Below, piece after piece: positions 1-11,442 of a stretch of 64,000 nt of DNA. The position numbers and the translations under genes were made by a program. How positions within the stretch are numbered: the stretch's first letter is position 1; each line of letters begins with the position of its first letter. The notes below the pieces were generated by a model. The model was not told the origin of the DNA. It saw only the letters and a program-made list of their open reading frames with translations, and made no database searches. Origin of the DNA: Phyllobates terribilis. Lineage: Eukaryota. The DNA is taken from the NCBI RefSeq assembly GCF_046119375.1, contig NW_027362773.1:27962001-28026000 (forward strand). The letters run 5' to 3'.

Positions 1-621
1 ATATTTTTTCAGAGGTAGATGCAGAAAAAAATATATTCAGTTTGCAACCTGATGGAGGTCTGTATAGATGGATTAATAGAACAAGTCCCACACACAGCTA
101 GAAGCCCAATATTTTTTCAGAGGTAGATGCAGAAAAAAATATATTCAGTTTGCAACCTGATGGAGGTCAGTATAGATGGACTAATACAACAAGTCCCACA
201 CACAGCTAGAAGCCCAATATTTTTTCAGAGGTAGATGCAGAAAAAAATATATTCAGTTTGCAACCTGATGGAGGTCTGTATAGATGGATTAATAGAACAA
301 GTCCCACACACAGCTAGAAGCCCAATATTTTTTCAGAGGTAGATGCAGAAAAAAATATATTCAGTTTGCAACCTGATGGAGGTCTGTATAGATGGATTAA
401 TAGAACAAGTCCCACACACAGCTAGAAGCCCAATATTTTTTCAGAGGTAGATGCAGAAAAAAATATATTCAGTTTGCAACCTGATGGAGGTCAGTATAGA
501 TGGACTAATACAACAAGTCCCACACACTGCTAGAAGCCCAATATTTTTTCAGAGCTAGATGCAGAAAAAAATTATATTCAATTTGCAACCTGATGGAGGT
601 CAGTATAGATGGACTAATAGA
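1..621. repeat. 108-bp tandem repeat (about 5.7 copies, runs off the left edge)
   Basis: Unit ATATTTTTTCAGAG... restarts at 1, 109, 217, 325, 433 and 541; units differ at only a few diagnostic bases. Confidence 0.95.
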
Positions 622-849
622 ATGATGCTATGCCCAAAAGATTTTACTTCACTAGGTGCAGTAAAAAAATTGGTATTCTATACACAGGTGGTATATCTTG
701 CAACACAGATAGGCTACTCCACTGACTAACACACTCTGCAATAGGCCAAAAAGGATTAGCTTTGCTAGATTCAGCCAAATGCTGTGAAAAAAACTTGCAC
801 AGCACTGGCACAGACCTGCCTGGCAAAAACTGATAGGAACTGATGTAAC

Positions 850-2046
850 TGTAGCACCCTGAGGATTCGGCTGCTACAGGGGTATTGCACCTCATGCCAG
901 AGGTGTGATATTCCACTCCCGGGTAAGGATGGAGTGTGGAACTGAGCTCAGTAGGCTGCATGCACTACATACATCCCATTTCCGGGGGACAGACCAATGG
1001 TACTCCCACTAGAGAAATGTGCAGGTACGACAGCGTCTGTCCCTGGCTGGAGTGGGAGGGGGGTGGAACATCCCAGTAGTGTAGGGGCAGATAGGGGGAG
1101 CAGTCTGGGTAATGCTAGGAGCTCATTGGGTGCTGGTCACCTGAGCTCACACATAGAGGGAGTATATAAGGTGGGAACCATCTTAGAACAGGGTCTTTTG
1201 TAGAGGTTTGGTCAGACAAGCAGAGCAGCTCAGCCAGCTCCAAGGCCAAGAGAGTGAGAGAGAGGAGAAAAGAAGGACCCAGAGGGAGAGAAGAGGGAAC
1301 TCCAAGAACCCAAAATTAGACCAGAGGGTGAAGAGTTGGCACAAGGGTACCGGATCCCAAGCTGGTGGAGGGCACTAATCCTTAGCCAGAGACCGGAGGT
1401 CGTGGGCAGGATCTGCCACGACCACCCACTAAATCCACCCGGAAGGCAAACCAAGAATAGGGTCAGGGAACCCAGAGACAAGGGTTTTACCAACAAGAGG
1501 CCCGAGGGAGCCGGACTTAGGTGGATCCCTGGTGGGGAAGGCCAGAGAGAAGGACAAGTCAGAAAGGGAGCTCAGGAACACGCTCCAGAATCACCTGGGG
1601 GTTGGCCGAGTCCAGGACCTGGTGGACGCAGCACGGCTCGGGTGGTCACTCAAGGCCGGAGTGACCAACACAAAAGCAGTAAGTAAAAACCCTGAACTGC
1701 ACAGCCCGACTCTGAGTTTCATTACCATCCTCACTGCACCTCCACAACCACCATCCTCTGCAACTGACCCCCTGAGGCTATACCCCTCCCGTTGGGGGTT
1801 ATACTACCTGAGCTGCACACACACCACCAGCCTCAGCGGACCCTGCTGCAGCGGCGGCCGTAGTGACCGCAAATCAACGGGTGGCGTAGTCGACACTAAA
1901 GAACATCCAGTAACATCTGTAGGACTGCCACACACTGAGCTTGACACCCTGGGCACGGACCGGGTCACCGCCACTCGGAGACTACAACCCCCATCTGATC
2001 CGGCTCCGGGTATCCCCCAAACAACACTGGCCCAGGGGGCGCGTCA
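850..2046. mobile_element. Solo LTR (Gypsy-like)
   Basis: TG...CA termini (TGTAGCACCC...GCGCGTCA) with 4-bp TSD TAAC at 846-849 and 2047-2050. The first ~80 bp align with the reverse complement of the end of the 8737-10021 element. Confidence 0.75.
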
Positions 2047-3043
2047 TAACCTAGTCCTGAAAAGGACTCCAATTACAATTAGTCTTTACTCCCACAATCT
2101 ATCTATTTAAGAGCACAGACCTGCCTGATAAAAGTCGTAGGAAATGCTATAACCTAGTCCTTAAAAGGACTGCAATCACAACTATTCCCTACTCCCAAGC
2201 TATCTGTAGATTTGTGCGAAAATTGGCTTGAAATTAACAAGGTATAGCGCACACAGCAACAGCGGTGCCGTCTAACACGCAGCTGCAGCAGTGAGAAAAT
2301 GGTGGCGACGGGGAAAATGGCTTGGTCTTATAGGGCAAGGACATGTGACATACACTGCCAATGACACATGCCCTTGCTTGTGTGAAAAAAAGCACTTCGC
2401 TCCGTGTGTGCGCTGCTGATAGGCTGACAGATTGCACCTCCCCACTGTAAATGCGGGAAAGAGAAAAAAAAATGGAGATCTTCATTGTTCCTGCAGAGAT
2501 CCATCCCCTGCCCCTCCCCCCACCCCGCTGTACACTCAAACTGCGTATTAACATTAATTTTCATCATTACTGAGAAAAAATCCAGTTATGATTTTGGTGC
2601 ACGAACAGTTATCGAACATAACCTCGAACAGCCAAATTTTTCTCAAATTGTTCGTGTTCGCTGAACGGCTCGAACACCGCCCAAAACAGCTCGAATTTGA
2701 GATTGGCGAACAGTTCGAGTAGAACAACGCTCATCTCTACAAACAACGGATCCATTTGAAAAGGATGAAAAATGGATGGCTATTTAACAGATCCATTTTC
2801 CATAGACTTTGATGTTAAACAAACAGATCCAGCTGCAATCAGATATTTAATTTGACAAAAGTTGGATCAGCACAATTTTTTGTCCTGTAGACTAAAGGGC
2901 CTTTCCAGGTCTTAACAATTGATTCCTTATCCTTCGTACAGGCTGTGAATGTTTGATCAGCAGGTTTCGGCCCTGATCACTCTCATCGATCAGAACAATA
3001 TAAGGGGGGTGGTACTATAGTGAAGCAGTGCAGCTCAGCCCCA

Positions 3044-5522
3044 TCTATAATATAACCGGGGATGTGTTTCTCTGTCTGAAGCCTCGATAGACTGCGCATG
3101 CATGACGGGCAGTCTGGCTCCAGACAGAATCACGCATCCAGCCGTTACAGGTAAGAGGAGATGTATGGCGCCGGAGATTGCGGTATGCGTAGGCACTGAA
3201 CGCATACCGCGATCTTTGGTGCCATACTTACATACTTACCTGACCGGGAGGAGCATTGCCGGGGCGCCTCTCTTCGCCGGAGACCGTTGTCTTCAGCAAA
3301 ATGGCACCTGACAGCGCGGTGCTCCGGCGCCGCACTCCTCCCCCGGCCTCCGGCAGAACAGGACGCAGCAGCGCTGGAGCACAGAGAATAAAGGTGAGTA
3401 TAACTGTTTATTTTTTTAGTATGTGTGTACAGTGTGAAAGGGATGAGGGGGCGACACATACCAGGATTGTGGGGTGAGGGGACCACACCTATACCAGGAT
3501 TGTGGGGTGAGGGGACCATGCATATACCAGGATTGGGGGGTGAGGGGTACCCCACATACCAGGATTGGGGGGTGAGGTGACCATGCATATACCAGGATTG
3601 TGGGGTGAGGGGTACATTGTATACCAGGATTGGGGGGTGAGGGGTACCACACATACCAGGATTGGTGGGTGAGGGGACCATGCATACAAGGATTGGGAGG
3701 TGAGGGGTACCACACATACCAGGATTGGGGGGTGAGGGGACCACGCATACCAGGATTGGGGGGTTAGGGGTACCACACAAACCAGGATTGGGGGGTGAGG
3801 GGACCATGCATACCAGGATTGGGGGGTGAGGGGTACCACGCATACCAGGATTGGTGGGTGAGGGGACCATGCATACAAGGATTGGGGGGTGAGGGGACCA
3901 TGCATACCAGGATTGGGGGGTGAGGGGTACCACGCATACCAGGATTGGGGGGTTAGGGGTACCACCCATACCAGGATTGGGGGGTGAGGGGACCATGCAT
4001 ACCAGGATTGGGGGGTGAGGGGTAACACGCATACAAGGATTGGGGGGTGAGGGGACCATGCATACCAGGATTGGGGGGTGAGGGGACCATGCATACCAGA
4101 ATGAGGGGTACCACACATACCATTATTGGGGGATTAGGGGCCCATGCATACCAGGATTGGGGGGTGAGGGGACCATGCATAACAGGATTGGGGGGTGAGG
4201 GGTGCCATGCATACCAGAATAGGGATGAGGGGTACCATACATACCAGGATAGGAATGTGGGGTATCATGCAAACCAGGATGAGGGATGGGGTGCCATGCA
4301 TACCAGGATGAGGGGTATCATGCATAACAGAATAGGGATGAGGGGTACCATGCATACCAGGATAAGGATGAGGGGTGCCATGCATACTAGGATGAGGGAT
4401 TGGGTGCCATGCATACTAAGATGAGGGATTGGGTGCCATGCATACCAGGTTTCTGGGATGAAGAGGCCATACATACCAGAATTGGGATGAGGGGTGCTAT
4501 ACATACTAGGATAGGGATGAGGGGTACCATGTATGCCAGGATAGGGATGAGGGGTACCATGTATACCAGGATAGGGATGAGGAGTGCCATACATACCAGG
4601 ATGGGGGTGAGGGAGCCATGCATATCAGGATTGGGGATGAGGGGACCATGCATATCAGGATTGGGGATGAGGGGTGCCATGCATACCAGGATTGGGGATG
4701 AGGGGTGCCATGCATACCAGGATTGGGGATGAGGGGTGCCATGCATACCAGGATTGAGGATGAGGGGTGCCATGCATACCGGGATTGGGGATGAGGGGTG
4801 CTATGCATACCGGGATTGGGGATGGGGGGTGCCATGCATACCGGGATTGGGGATGAGGGGTGCCATGCATTTCGGGATTGGGGATGAGGGGTGCCATGCA
4901 TACCGGGATTGGGGATGAGGGGTGCCATGCATACCGGGATTGGGGATGAGGGGTGCCATGCATACCGGGATTGGGGATGAGGGGTGCCAAGCATACCAGG
5001 ATTCAGATGAGAGACCATGCATACCAGGATAGGGATGAGGAGTGCCATGCATACCAGGATAGGGATGAGGGGTGCCATGCATACCAGGATTGGGGATGAG
5101 GGGTGCCATGCATACCAGGATAGGGATGAGGGGTGCCATGCATACCAGGATTGGGGACGAGGGGTGCCATGCATACCAGGATTGGGGATGAGGGGTGCCA
5201 TGCATACCAGAATTGGGGGTGAGGGGTGCCATGCATACCAGGATTGGGGATGAGGGGTGCCATGCATACCAGAATTGGGGGTGAGGGGTGCCATGCATAC
5301 CAGGATTGGGGGTGAGAGGTACCATGCATGCCAGGATTGGGGGTGAGGAGTGCCATGCATACCAGGATTGGGGGTGAGGGGTGCCATGCATACCAGGATA
5401 GGATGGTGGGGACAGGACGGGAGCAGCACAAATACCAGGAGGGGGCAGCACATACCAGCATGGGAGACCATATACCAATAAAAATGCTCGCCATCCGGGC
5501 ATAGAACGGGTTCAATAGCTAG
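3044..5522 (+). mobile_element. Non-autonomous Helitron carrying a minisatellite
   Basis: Starts A|TC (TCTATAATATAA) and ends CTAG|T, with a degenerate GC-rich hairpin (CCGGGCATAGAACGGG) about 12 nt before the end; no TSD. Confidence 0.65.
3455..5400. repeat. G-rich 31-32-bp minisatellite
   Basis: About 60 units of GGTGAGGGG(T)ACCATGCATACCAGGATTGGG, drifting to GGATGAGGGGTGCCATGCATACC(A/G)GGATT in the 3' half. Confidence 0.95.
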
Positions 5523-5741
5523 TGTATATATATGTCTACATGTGAGTTATCTGTGTAAACAATTAAATGGACGTGGTACGAAAATCCTTTAAAAAAATCT
5601 ATTTATAAAATGTCATCACTTACGATTGTCTAATACACCATGTACCAGGTATTTTTATATGATATGGATTGAGCTTGAGCCTCATTTTTGATTTCCACCT
5701 AAGTTTGGGTAAATTCTGATTTTGTCTTCATTTTCTGTTAG

Positions 5742-5975
5742 GTTTTTATGTAACTTTGGTGGTCTCTCGTTGGTGGGCCCAGTATGAGAGTGTACCCTGG
5801 TTAGACCGTCTCATGTGCTTGGTGTCCAGTAATATTCATGGCACAGATGAACGAGGACGGATGATGCGTCGGACTCTTATGCGCTATGCCAGCCTTTCTG
5901 GGGTTCTTATTCTACGCTCAATTAGTACGGCTGTTTACAAGAGATTCCCCACTCTGCAGCACGTTGTTAATGCTG
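5742..5975 (+). CDS. best1: Bestrophin-1 exon (human exon 4 equivalent, 234 bp)
   Basis: AG/GT boundaries; encodes (G)[24 protein letters not shown]...[15 protein letters not shown] including the RFP motif; length equals human exon 4. Confidence 0.97.
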
Positions 5976-6594
5976 GTAAGTATGAAAATGGAAAGATGTC
6001 CATGAGAAGCACAGAAAACTGCAGGTTAACTGTCTCATACACAGTTTTATGGTTTATTTCACTTTGCACGAAACCTCTAACAGAGACATTCATGGAAATA
6101 ACAGTTCACCAAACTTCAACCAAAAGGCCATCCAACTACACAAAACTTTTATTTCAGGATTTAGGCCAGAAAAAGGAGCACAGCACTTACAAGCTCCTTG
6201 CTATAGAGCTTCTAAGCGCTGCTCTGAAGTTGGCCACATCGCTGGATCCGCACTTCTCTGATGATGGTGCACAGATCTGGCCAGCAGTGCAACCGTGACA
6301 CCGGTCCAAACTGTCAATCAGTTAGGAGGGCACCATAACCCGTCAAACAGAAACCGGGCAGGCAGAGGCGTATTGAAAAAAGGGTCATTGACTTATCGGG
6401 TAACTACCTACAATAGGTGACGCAAGATTTTTTTACCCTTGGAAAGTGATTTGTATACATATTGTTTGCACAAATCCATAAAACTCCAGACTTTAGTACT
6501 GCACTCATTTACTGCCAGGTATAGCTACACCTTGGTTGCATTGAGTCACTAGATTAAATATAGGTCTTAAAATGTTCCTTTTCGACCACCACAG

Positions 6595-6749
6595 GCTTCA
6601 TGACACCAACTGAATATATGAAATTTGATGCAGTTTCTTCTCCCCACAACAAATTCTGGATTCCATGTGTTTGGTTTGCAAACTTAGCAGTAACAGCCCG
6701 GACAGAAGGGCGGATACGTGACAGCGTTATATTAACACTCATCCTCAAG
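6595..6749 (+). CDS. best1: Bestrophin-1 exon (exon 5 equivalent, 155 bp)
   Basis: AG/GTAAGA boundaries; (G)FMTPTEY...HNKFWIPCVWFANL...GRIRDSVILTLILK; V at aperture position 205. Confidence 0.97.
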
Positions 6750-6875
6750 GTAAGAGGTGAATTATGCACACCAGTACAGAAATATTTTTATTTTTTTGTT
6801 TTTAGCTTTAAGGCAAATATGAGGCCTCTTTAATGAAAATTAATTTTATCCAATTCTAAAGTGTTGGTTGTACTA

Positions 6876-7380
6876 CTGTACCGTGCAAACGTTTTAGGCA
6901 GGTGTAAAAAAAAAAGCTAAAAAGAATGCTTTCAAACATAGGTGTTAATAGTTTATTTTTATCAACTATACAAAATGAATGAACAAAAGAGAAATATAAA
7001 TCAAGTCAATATTTTTTGTGACCGCCCTTTACCTTCAAAACAGCATCAGTTGGTACTTGCCACTTGCACACAGTTTTTGAAGGCCCTCTGAAGAGAGGTT
7101 GTTCCAAACATCTTGGAGAACTAACCACAGATCTTCTGTGAATGTCACTTGTGCAAATCCTTCTGTCTCTTCATTTAATCCCAGACATACTCGATGATTT
7201 TGCGAACAGGGCTCTCTGAGGCCATATCATCACTTTCAGGGCTTCTTGATCTTCTTTATGGTTAAAATAATAATTAATGACATTGGCTGTATGTTTGGGA
7301 TCTTTCTACTGCTGCAGAATAAATGTGGAGCCATTTAGACGCTTCTCTAATAGTATAACATGATGGATAAGTATCTGACT
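6876..7380 (-). mobile_element. Tc1-like 3' fragment
   Basis: TA followed by terminus CTGTACCGTGCAAACGTTTTAGGCAGG and degraded C-terminal transposase sequence on the - strand; truncated at a MITE. Confidence 0.6.
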
Positions 7381-7382
7381 GT

Positions 7383-7845
7383 AAAGGGGTTTTCCCACGA
7401 ACAGTAAATTTTAACATTTTAATCAACAGGACTTTGAATTATAATAAGTTCCACAATTGGATGTGTTTAAATAAAATGTTCCTGTGCTGAGATAATCTTA
7501 TAAATGTGCCCTGCTGTGTACTGTGTAATGGCTGTGTCTGACCGTGCAGGAACATGGTCTGATTATACCACATCTCCTGGGCAGGGGAGGAAGCAAAAGA
7601 GTATACAGACATTACAGCAGGGGAACACAGCTGATTCTTTCTTTGAGGTAAAACATTGCTTAAAATCAGGCAGTGAAATGTTTTACCTCCCAAAAAGAAT
7701 CAGCTGTAATGTCTGTATACTCTTTTGCATCCTCCCCTGCCCAGGAGATGTGGTATGATCAGACCATGTTCCTGTACGGTCAGACACAGCCATTACACAG
7801 TACACAGCAGGGGCACATTTATAAGATTATCTCAGCACAGGAACA
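7383..7845. mobile_element. Palindromic T2/Kolobok-type MITE
   Basis: AAAGGGG start; ~145-bp arms at 7476-7620 and 7703-7845 are reverse complements. Confidence 0.7.
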
Positions 7846-8243
7846 TTAATCTGCTGGTTAATAGCGTTCTGAACCTGTCTGGTGCCAGCAATTAGACTCC
7901 CTGCAGCTGGGAGAAAATGAACTTTATTCCTCCTGGTAACGTTTAGGTTTCAGTCACGGGGGTGGTGCTGGCGCAGGTTGAGTCACTTCTCTGTGTATAG
8001 TGAGCGGTGGCTGTAACTGCGCTCCTGGTACTGACTGAGAGCGGCTCAGCAGAGCGGTGACTGAACCCACCCGTGCCGCCCCGTGACCGAAACCTAAACA
8101 ATACCGGGAAGAATAATATTCATTTCCTCCCAGCAGTGGGGGTCTAAGTGCAGGCGCCGGGCAGGTTTACAACGCTATTAACCTGCAGATTAACCCCAGA
8201 TCTGCGGGTCAATAGCATTTTTCACATGACAGGTTCCTTTTAA
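7846..8243. mobile_element. Palindromic T2-type MITE (partial)
   Basis: Arms TAATCTGC...GGTTTCAGTCACGG and CCGTGACCGAAACC...GCAGATTA; ends ACAGGTTCCTTTTAA. Confidence 0.65.
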
Positions 8244-8499
8244 ATGGACACACCACACCCAGATCCTGTAGGAATCAATTAGGATTACGTAGGAAAAGGA
8301 AGACTACTGCTGGGATAATGGTACTGTCCGACAGATTACAGACACTTGTATTAATTCATTTATACAGCGCCAACATATTCCGCAGAATACAGAGATTTTC
8401 ATCACTCACATTAATTCTCACAATTGAAATTTGATCAGTATGTTTATGACTATTATAACAGCAGGTTGTGTTCATGCTCTGATATTACACATATATTAT

Positions 8500-10050
8500 G
8501 GGCAGCACAGTGGCTCAGTGATTAGCACTGCAGCTTTGCAGCATTAGGGTCCTGGGTTCAAATCCCACCAAGGACAACATCTGCAAGGAGTTTGTATGTT
8601 CTCATCGTGTTTGCGTGGGTTTCCTCCAGGTTCTCTGGTTTCCTCCCACACTCCAAAGACTGATAGGGAATGTAGATTGTGAGCCCCAATGGGGACAGCG
8701 ATGATAATGTATGTAAAGCGCTGCGGAATATGTTGGTGTGACGCCTCCTTCGCTACTCGCTAGCCCACCCTGAGAGATGGGGGTACTCAGAACCGGGCCT
8801 CCAGGAGGAAGGTGGATGCAGTCGTGGCCTAGGCCTGGCCTGTGCCCAGGGTTGTCACAGTCAAAATTAAGGGCTAGGAGGGACGGTGGTAATCGAGTGG
8901 ATTAAATGACTACGCCACCTACGGTTCCCGGTGACGGATACCGGCGCTGTTTCAGTCCACTGAGGCCGGTGTTACGGACAGCTAAGATGGGACGGCTCCC
9001 CGCAGGCGGAGCAGGCCTCAGGGCAGGATGAGTAGGGATTATGGTGGGTGCAGTGCCGCACAGTAAATAGCAGGCTTAAGTGGGGTGTGAAGTCATCCAG
9101 GGTTTTTACTCACATTCAGATGAACTTTAGCCGCAAAGTTTCCCTCTGCTCCTCGCGGCGTGCTGCGGCCACCAGGAAGGGGGTCCAGCACTTTCCAGAT
9201 AGATCAGGAGCACCTGTCGAGACCCCTCTGGTGTGTGTTCCTCTCCTAGGTATGTTCTCCCACTAAGTCTTCACTTGACTGTTTGTGTGGTTAGAACTAG
9301 GTGCAAGGCCGGGTCCCTCTGGATAAAGCGCAGGTAGAGAGTTACAGGTGCTGTATGCCGCTCCGTCCGTATCCCCCCTGGGATCCACTAAGCCTCCGGC
9401 CTTCTCTGACTGAGACTTGAAGTGACAGAGTCAGATATTGGGGGCCGGTAGCCCTTTTGCAGCAGGAATCCCTCTGACTAGGCCAGAATAGTGGGGACAG
9501 GTGGCGTAAGCCGCTCCGTCTGCATCCCCCTTGGGATCCTTTTGCCTGCGGAGCTTGTCTCCTCAGCTCCAGGCCTTCTTAGGTAGGGACCTTGACCGGG
9601 TAGAGACAGACGTTAACTCTAGCCCGCTCCTCGCCTCAAGGCCAGAGGACGAGGACCGTGTATCTTCAATCAGCTGCAGGTTCACACAGAAAGCCACGTT
9701 CAGTGATGAAGATCACAATCAAAGACCATAAGCCCAAGATGGCCGTTTATTAAATATGAATTTTGTGGTGTAACCTCTAAGTGCGTCCTCCACCCTCTCC
9801 CACTACATGGTTCCCCCTATCTTTGGTTCCCCCAGTCTCCTCTTATCCCGGCTGGGGCAGCACCCTGGTGCATATAAGCCCCCCCTCAGGTGGGAGAGGT
9901 GTAGTGTTGAATGGATGGCTGAGTCCTGTGAGGTGCTCCACCCTTACCTCGGAGAGGAGATACCACACCTCGGTCTGAGGTGCAGTACCCCTGTGGTGAC
10001 TGAACCCTCAGGGGCGCCACATTGGCACTATATAAAAATAAAGATTATTA
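8500..10050 (+). mobile_element. tRNA-derived V-SINE, 3' tail split by a solo LTR (SINE parts 8500-8736 and 10022-10050)
   Basis: A box TGGCTCAGTGA, B box GGTTCAAATCC, V-domain GAGTTTGTATGTTCTC...GGTTTCCTCCCACA; tail AAAGCGCTGCGGAATATGTTGG|CACTATATAAAAATAAAG resumes after the LTR. Confidence 0.85.
8737..10021. mobile_element. Solo LTR (Gypsy-like), opposite orientation to 850-2046
   Basis: TGTGACGCC...GGCGCCACA termini; 4-bp TSD TTGG at 8733-8736 and 10022-10025. Confidence 0.85.
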
Positions 10051-10142
10051 TTTATATTAGTCACAATGTAATTAATGTTACACTTGGATGAGTGACACCT
10101 GTTATTCTTCGTTCTTACATTGCCACCTGTTCCCTGTCTTAG

Positions 10143-10220
10143 GAGCTGAATTCTCTGCGCACCCAATGTGGACGGTTGTTTGGATATGACTGGATCAGCA
10201 TCCCTCTGGTCTACACTCAG
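10143..10220 (+). CDS. best1: Bestrophin-1 exon (exon 6 equivalent, 78 bp)
   Basis: AG/GT boundaries; [26 protein letters not shown]. Confidence 0.97.
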
Positions 10221-10717
10221 GTTTTTACTTTACCTCTACACTTTTACCTTTCTGTTACATCAGTCTTTAAACGGATTGTCCGGTGATATCCCGTTATCAG
10301 CTATGCTATGGATAAGTGATAACTTATAGATCGGTGCAAGTCCGACCACTGGGACCCGATCAGCACCGATCAGCAGAATGGAGAACTTTTATATCGGTTC
10401 AAAATGCAGCGGCAGATTAGATGCCCGACCTTTGCTTCACACATTCCCTATGGGGCTACTGGAATAAGACGAGCACAGTGCTCAGCAGGCCTATAGGGAA
10501 TGAATGGAGCAGCGGTCGAGCATAGGTATAAGTTACCCGTTCAGCCTATCAGTGCGGGGTCCAGCGGTCAAACCCCCTCCAATAAATATGTTATTATCAC
10601 CCTTCCTTTAGATCTTTTCACTGGAGAACCCTTTTAGTTTTGCAAATTTCATTTATTTCTCCAGTTGTAATATTGAACTGGAAGTAACAACCATGTTTTT
10701 CTAATCATTATAACTCA

Positions 10718-11129
10718 TTATGTCAGGTTTTTTGCCACCCCATCTGAGAGCAGCATAATGTAGAGGCAGAGATCATGATTCCGCTGATGTATCACTTACT
10801 AAGCTGCTTGCTGTAGTTTTGATAAAATTCCTGTTTTCTCTGCTGCAGATCTAGCAGTTCTCTGAATGCTGAGCTGTGTATAACCCCGCCCACACCACTG
10901 ATTGGCAGCTTTCTGTGTACACTGTGCATAGGCAGAAAGCAGCCAATCAGTGGTGGGCGCTAAGCTGGACTACATGGCAGCAGTCCAACTAGTCCTCTAG
11001 TGGTGACCTCCTGTTTATCAAAACTACAGCAAGTAGCCCAGTAAGTGACACATCACTGGAATCAGGATCTCTGTGTCTACTTTATGTTGCTCTCATATTA
11101 GGCAGGAAAAATCTGGTAACAGATTCCCT
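10718..11129. mobile_element. T2/Kolobok-type MITE (same family as 19702-20052)
   Basis: Ends AGATTCCCTTAA; shares the GATCTAGCAGT...TATAACCCCGCCC core with 19702-20052; left boundary approximate. Confidence 0.7.
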
Positions 11130-11180
11130 TAAATTTATCTAAATACTCATTTGATGCTTTTTTTTCTATTTTCTCCTTAG

Positions 11181-11333
11181 GTGGTCACAGTGGCTGTATA
11201 CAGTTTTTTTCTGGCTTGCCTCATTGGCCGCCAGTTCCTGGACCCCCAGAGGGGATACCCTGGACATGACCTAGATCTCTACGTCCCAGTCTTTACCCTT
11301 TTACAATTCTTTTTCTATGCTGGCTGGTTAAAA
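11181..11333 (+). CDS. best1: Bestrophin-1 exon (exon 7 equivalent, 153 bp)
   Basis: AG/GTATGT boundaries; [22 protein letters not shown]...[20 protein letters not shown]. Confidence 0.97.
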
Positions 11334-11442
11334 GTATGTTTTTTTTGTACTCTGTACTAGTTCTACAAATAGAAAATGGCCCTAACAAATCTCCTTTTCT
11401 TAATGTGTTACACGACTATAATCACCTTTGTATATCCTCCAG

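Larger units (their letters stand above)
1..2739. mobile_element. One end of a large hAT-like non-autonomous element (other end outside the window)
   Basis: Ends in CGCTCATCTCTA (reverse complement TAGAGATGAGCG) after subterminal GTTCG/CGAAC repeats at 2600-2725. Internal repeats such as ACAGACCTGCCTG...TAACCTAGTCC continue across the LTR at 850-2046. Family assignment is from recall, and no TSD can be tested. Confidence 0.55.

Noticed and set aside
1-621. 108-bp repeats as a CRISPR array
   Set aside because: Units are contiguous near-identical copies with no unique spacers, in a eukaryotic intron with no cas genes.
1-621. CTGATGG in each 108-bp unit as a hammerhead core
   Set aside because: A9 is G in every copy, and there is no downstream GAAA or stem III.
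1336-2110. ORFs inside the first solo LTR as gag or env
   Set aside because: No recognisable retroviral motifs; the GC-rich LTR has few stops by chance.
2960-2995. GATGA...GAAAC on the - strand as a hammerhead
   Set aside because: The core reads UCGAUGA and there is no NUH cleavage triplet or stem III; it is part of a T2-type MITE.
3145-5515. Many long overlapping ORFs (up to 323 aa) on both strands
   Set aside because: They are translations of the minisatellite in several frames, low-complexity, with no domain resemblance.
5756-6298. 180-aa ORF as a stand-alone gene
   Set aside because: It is best1 exon 4 read through the GT donor at 5976 into intron.
8500-8570. tRNA gene
   Set aside because: A and B boxes are present, but no cloverleaf forms and the sequence continues into a SINE body.
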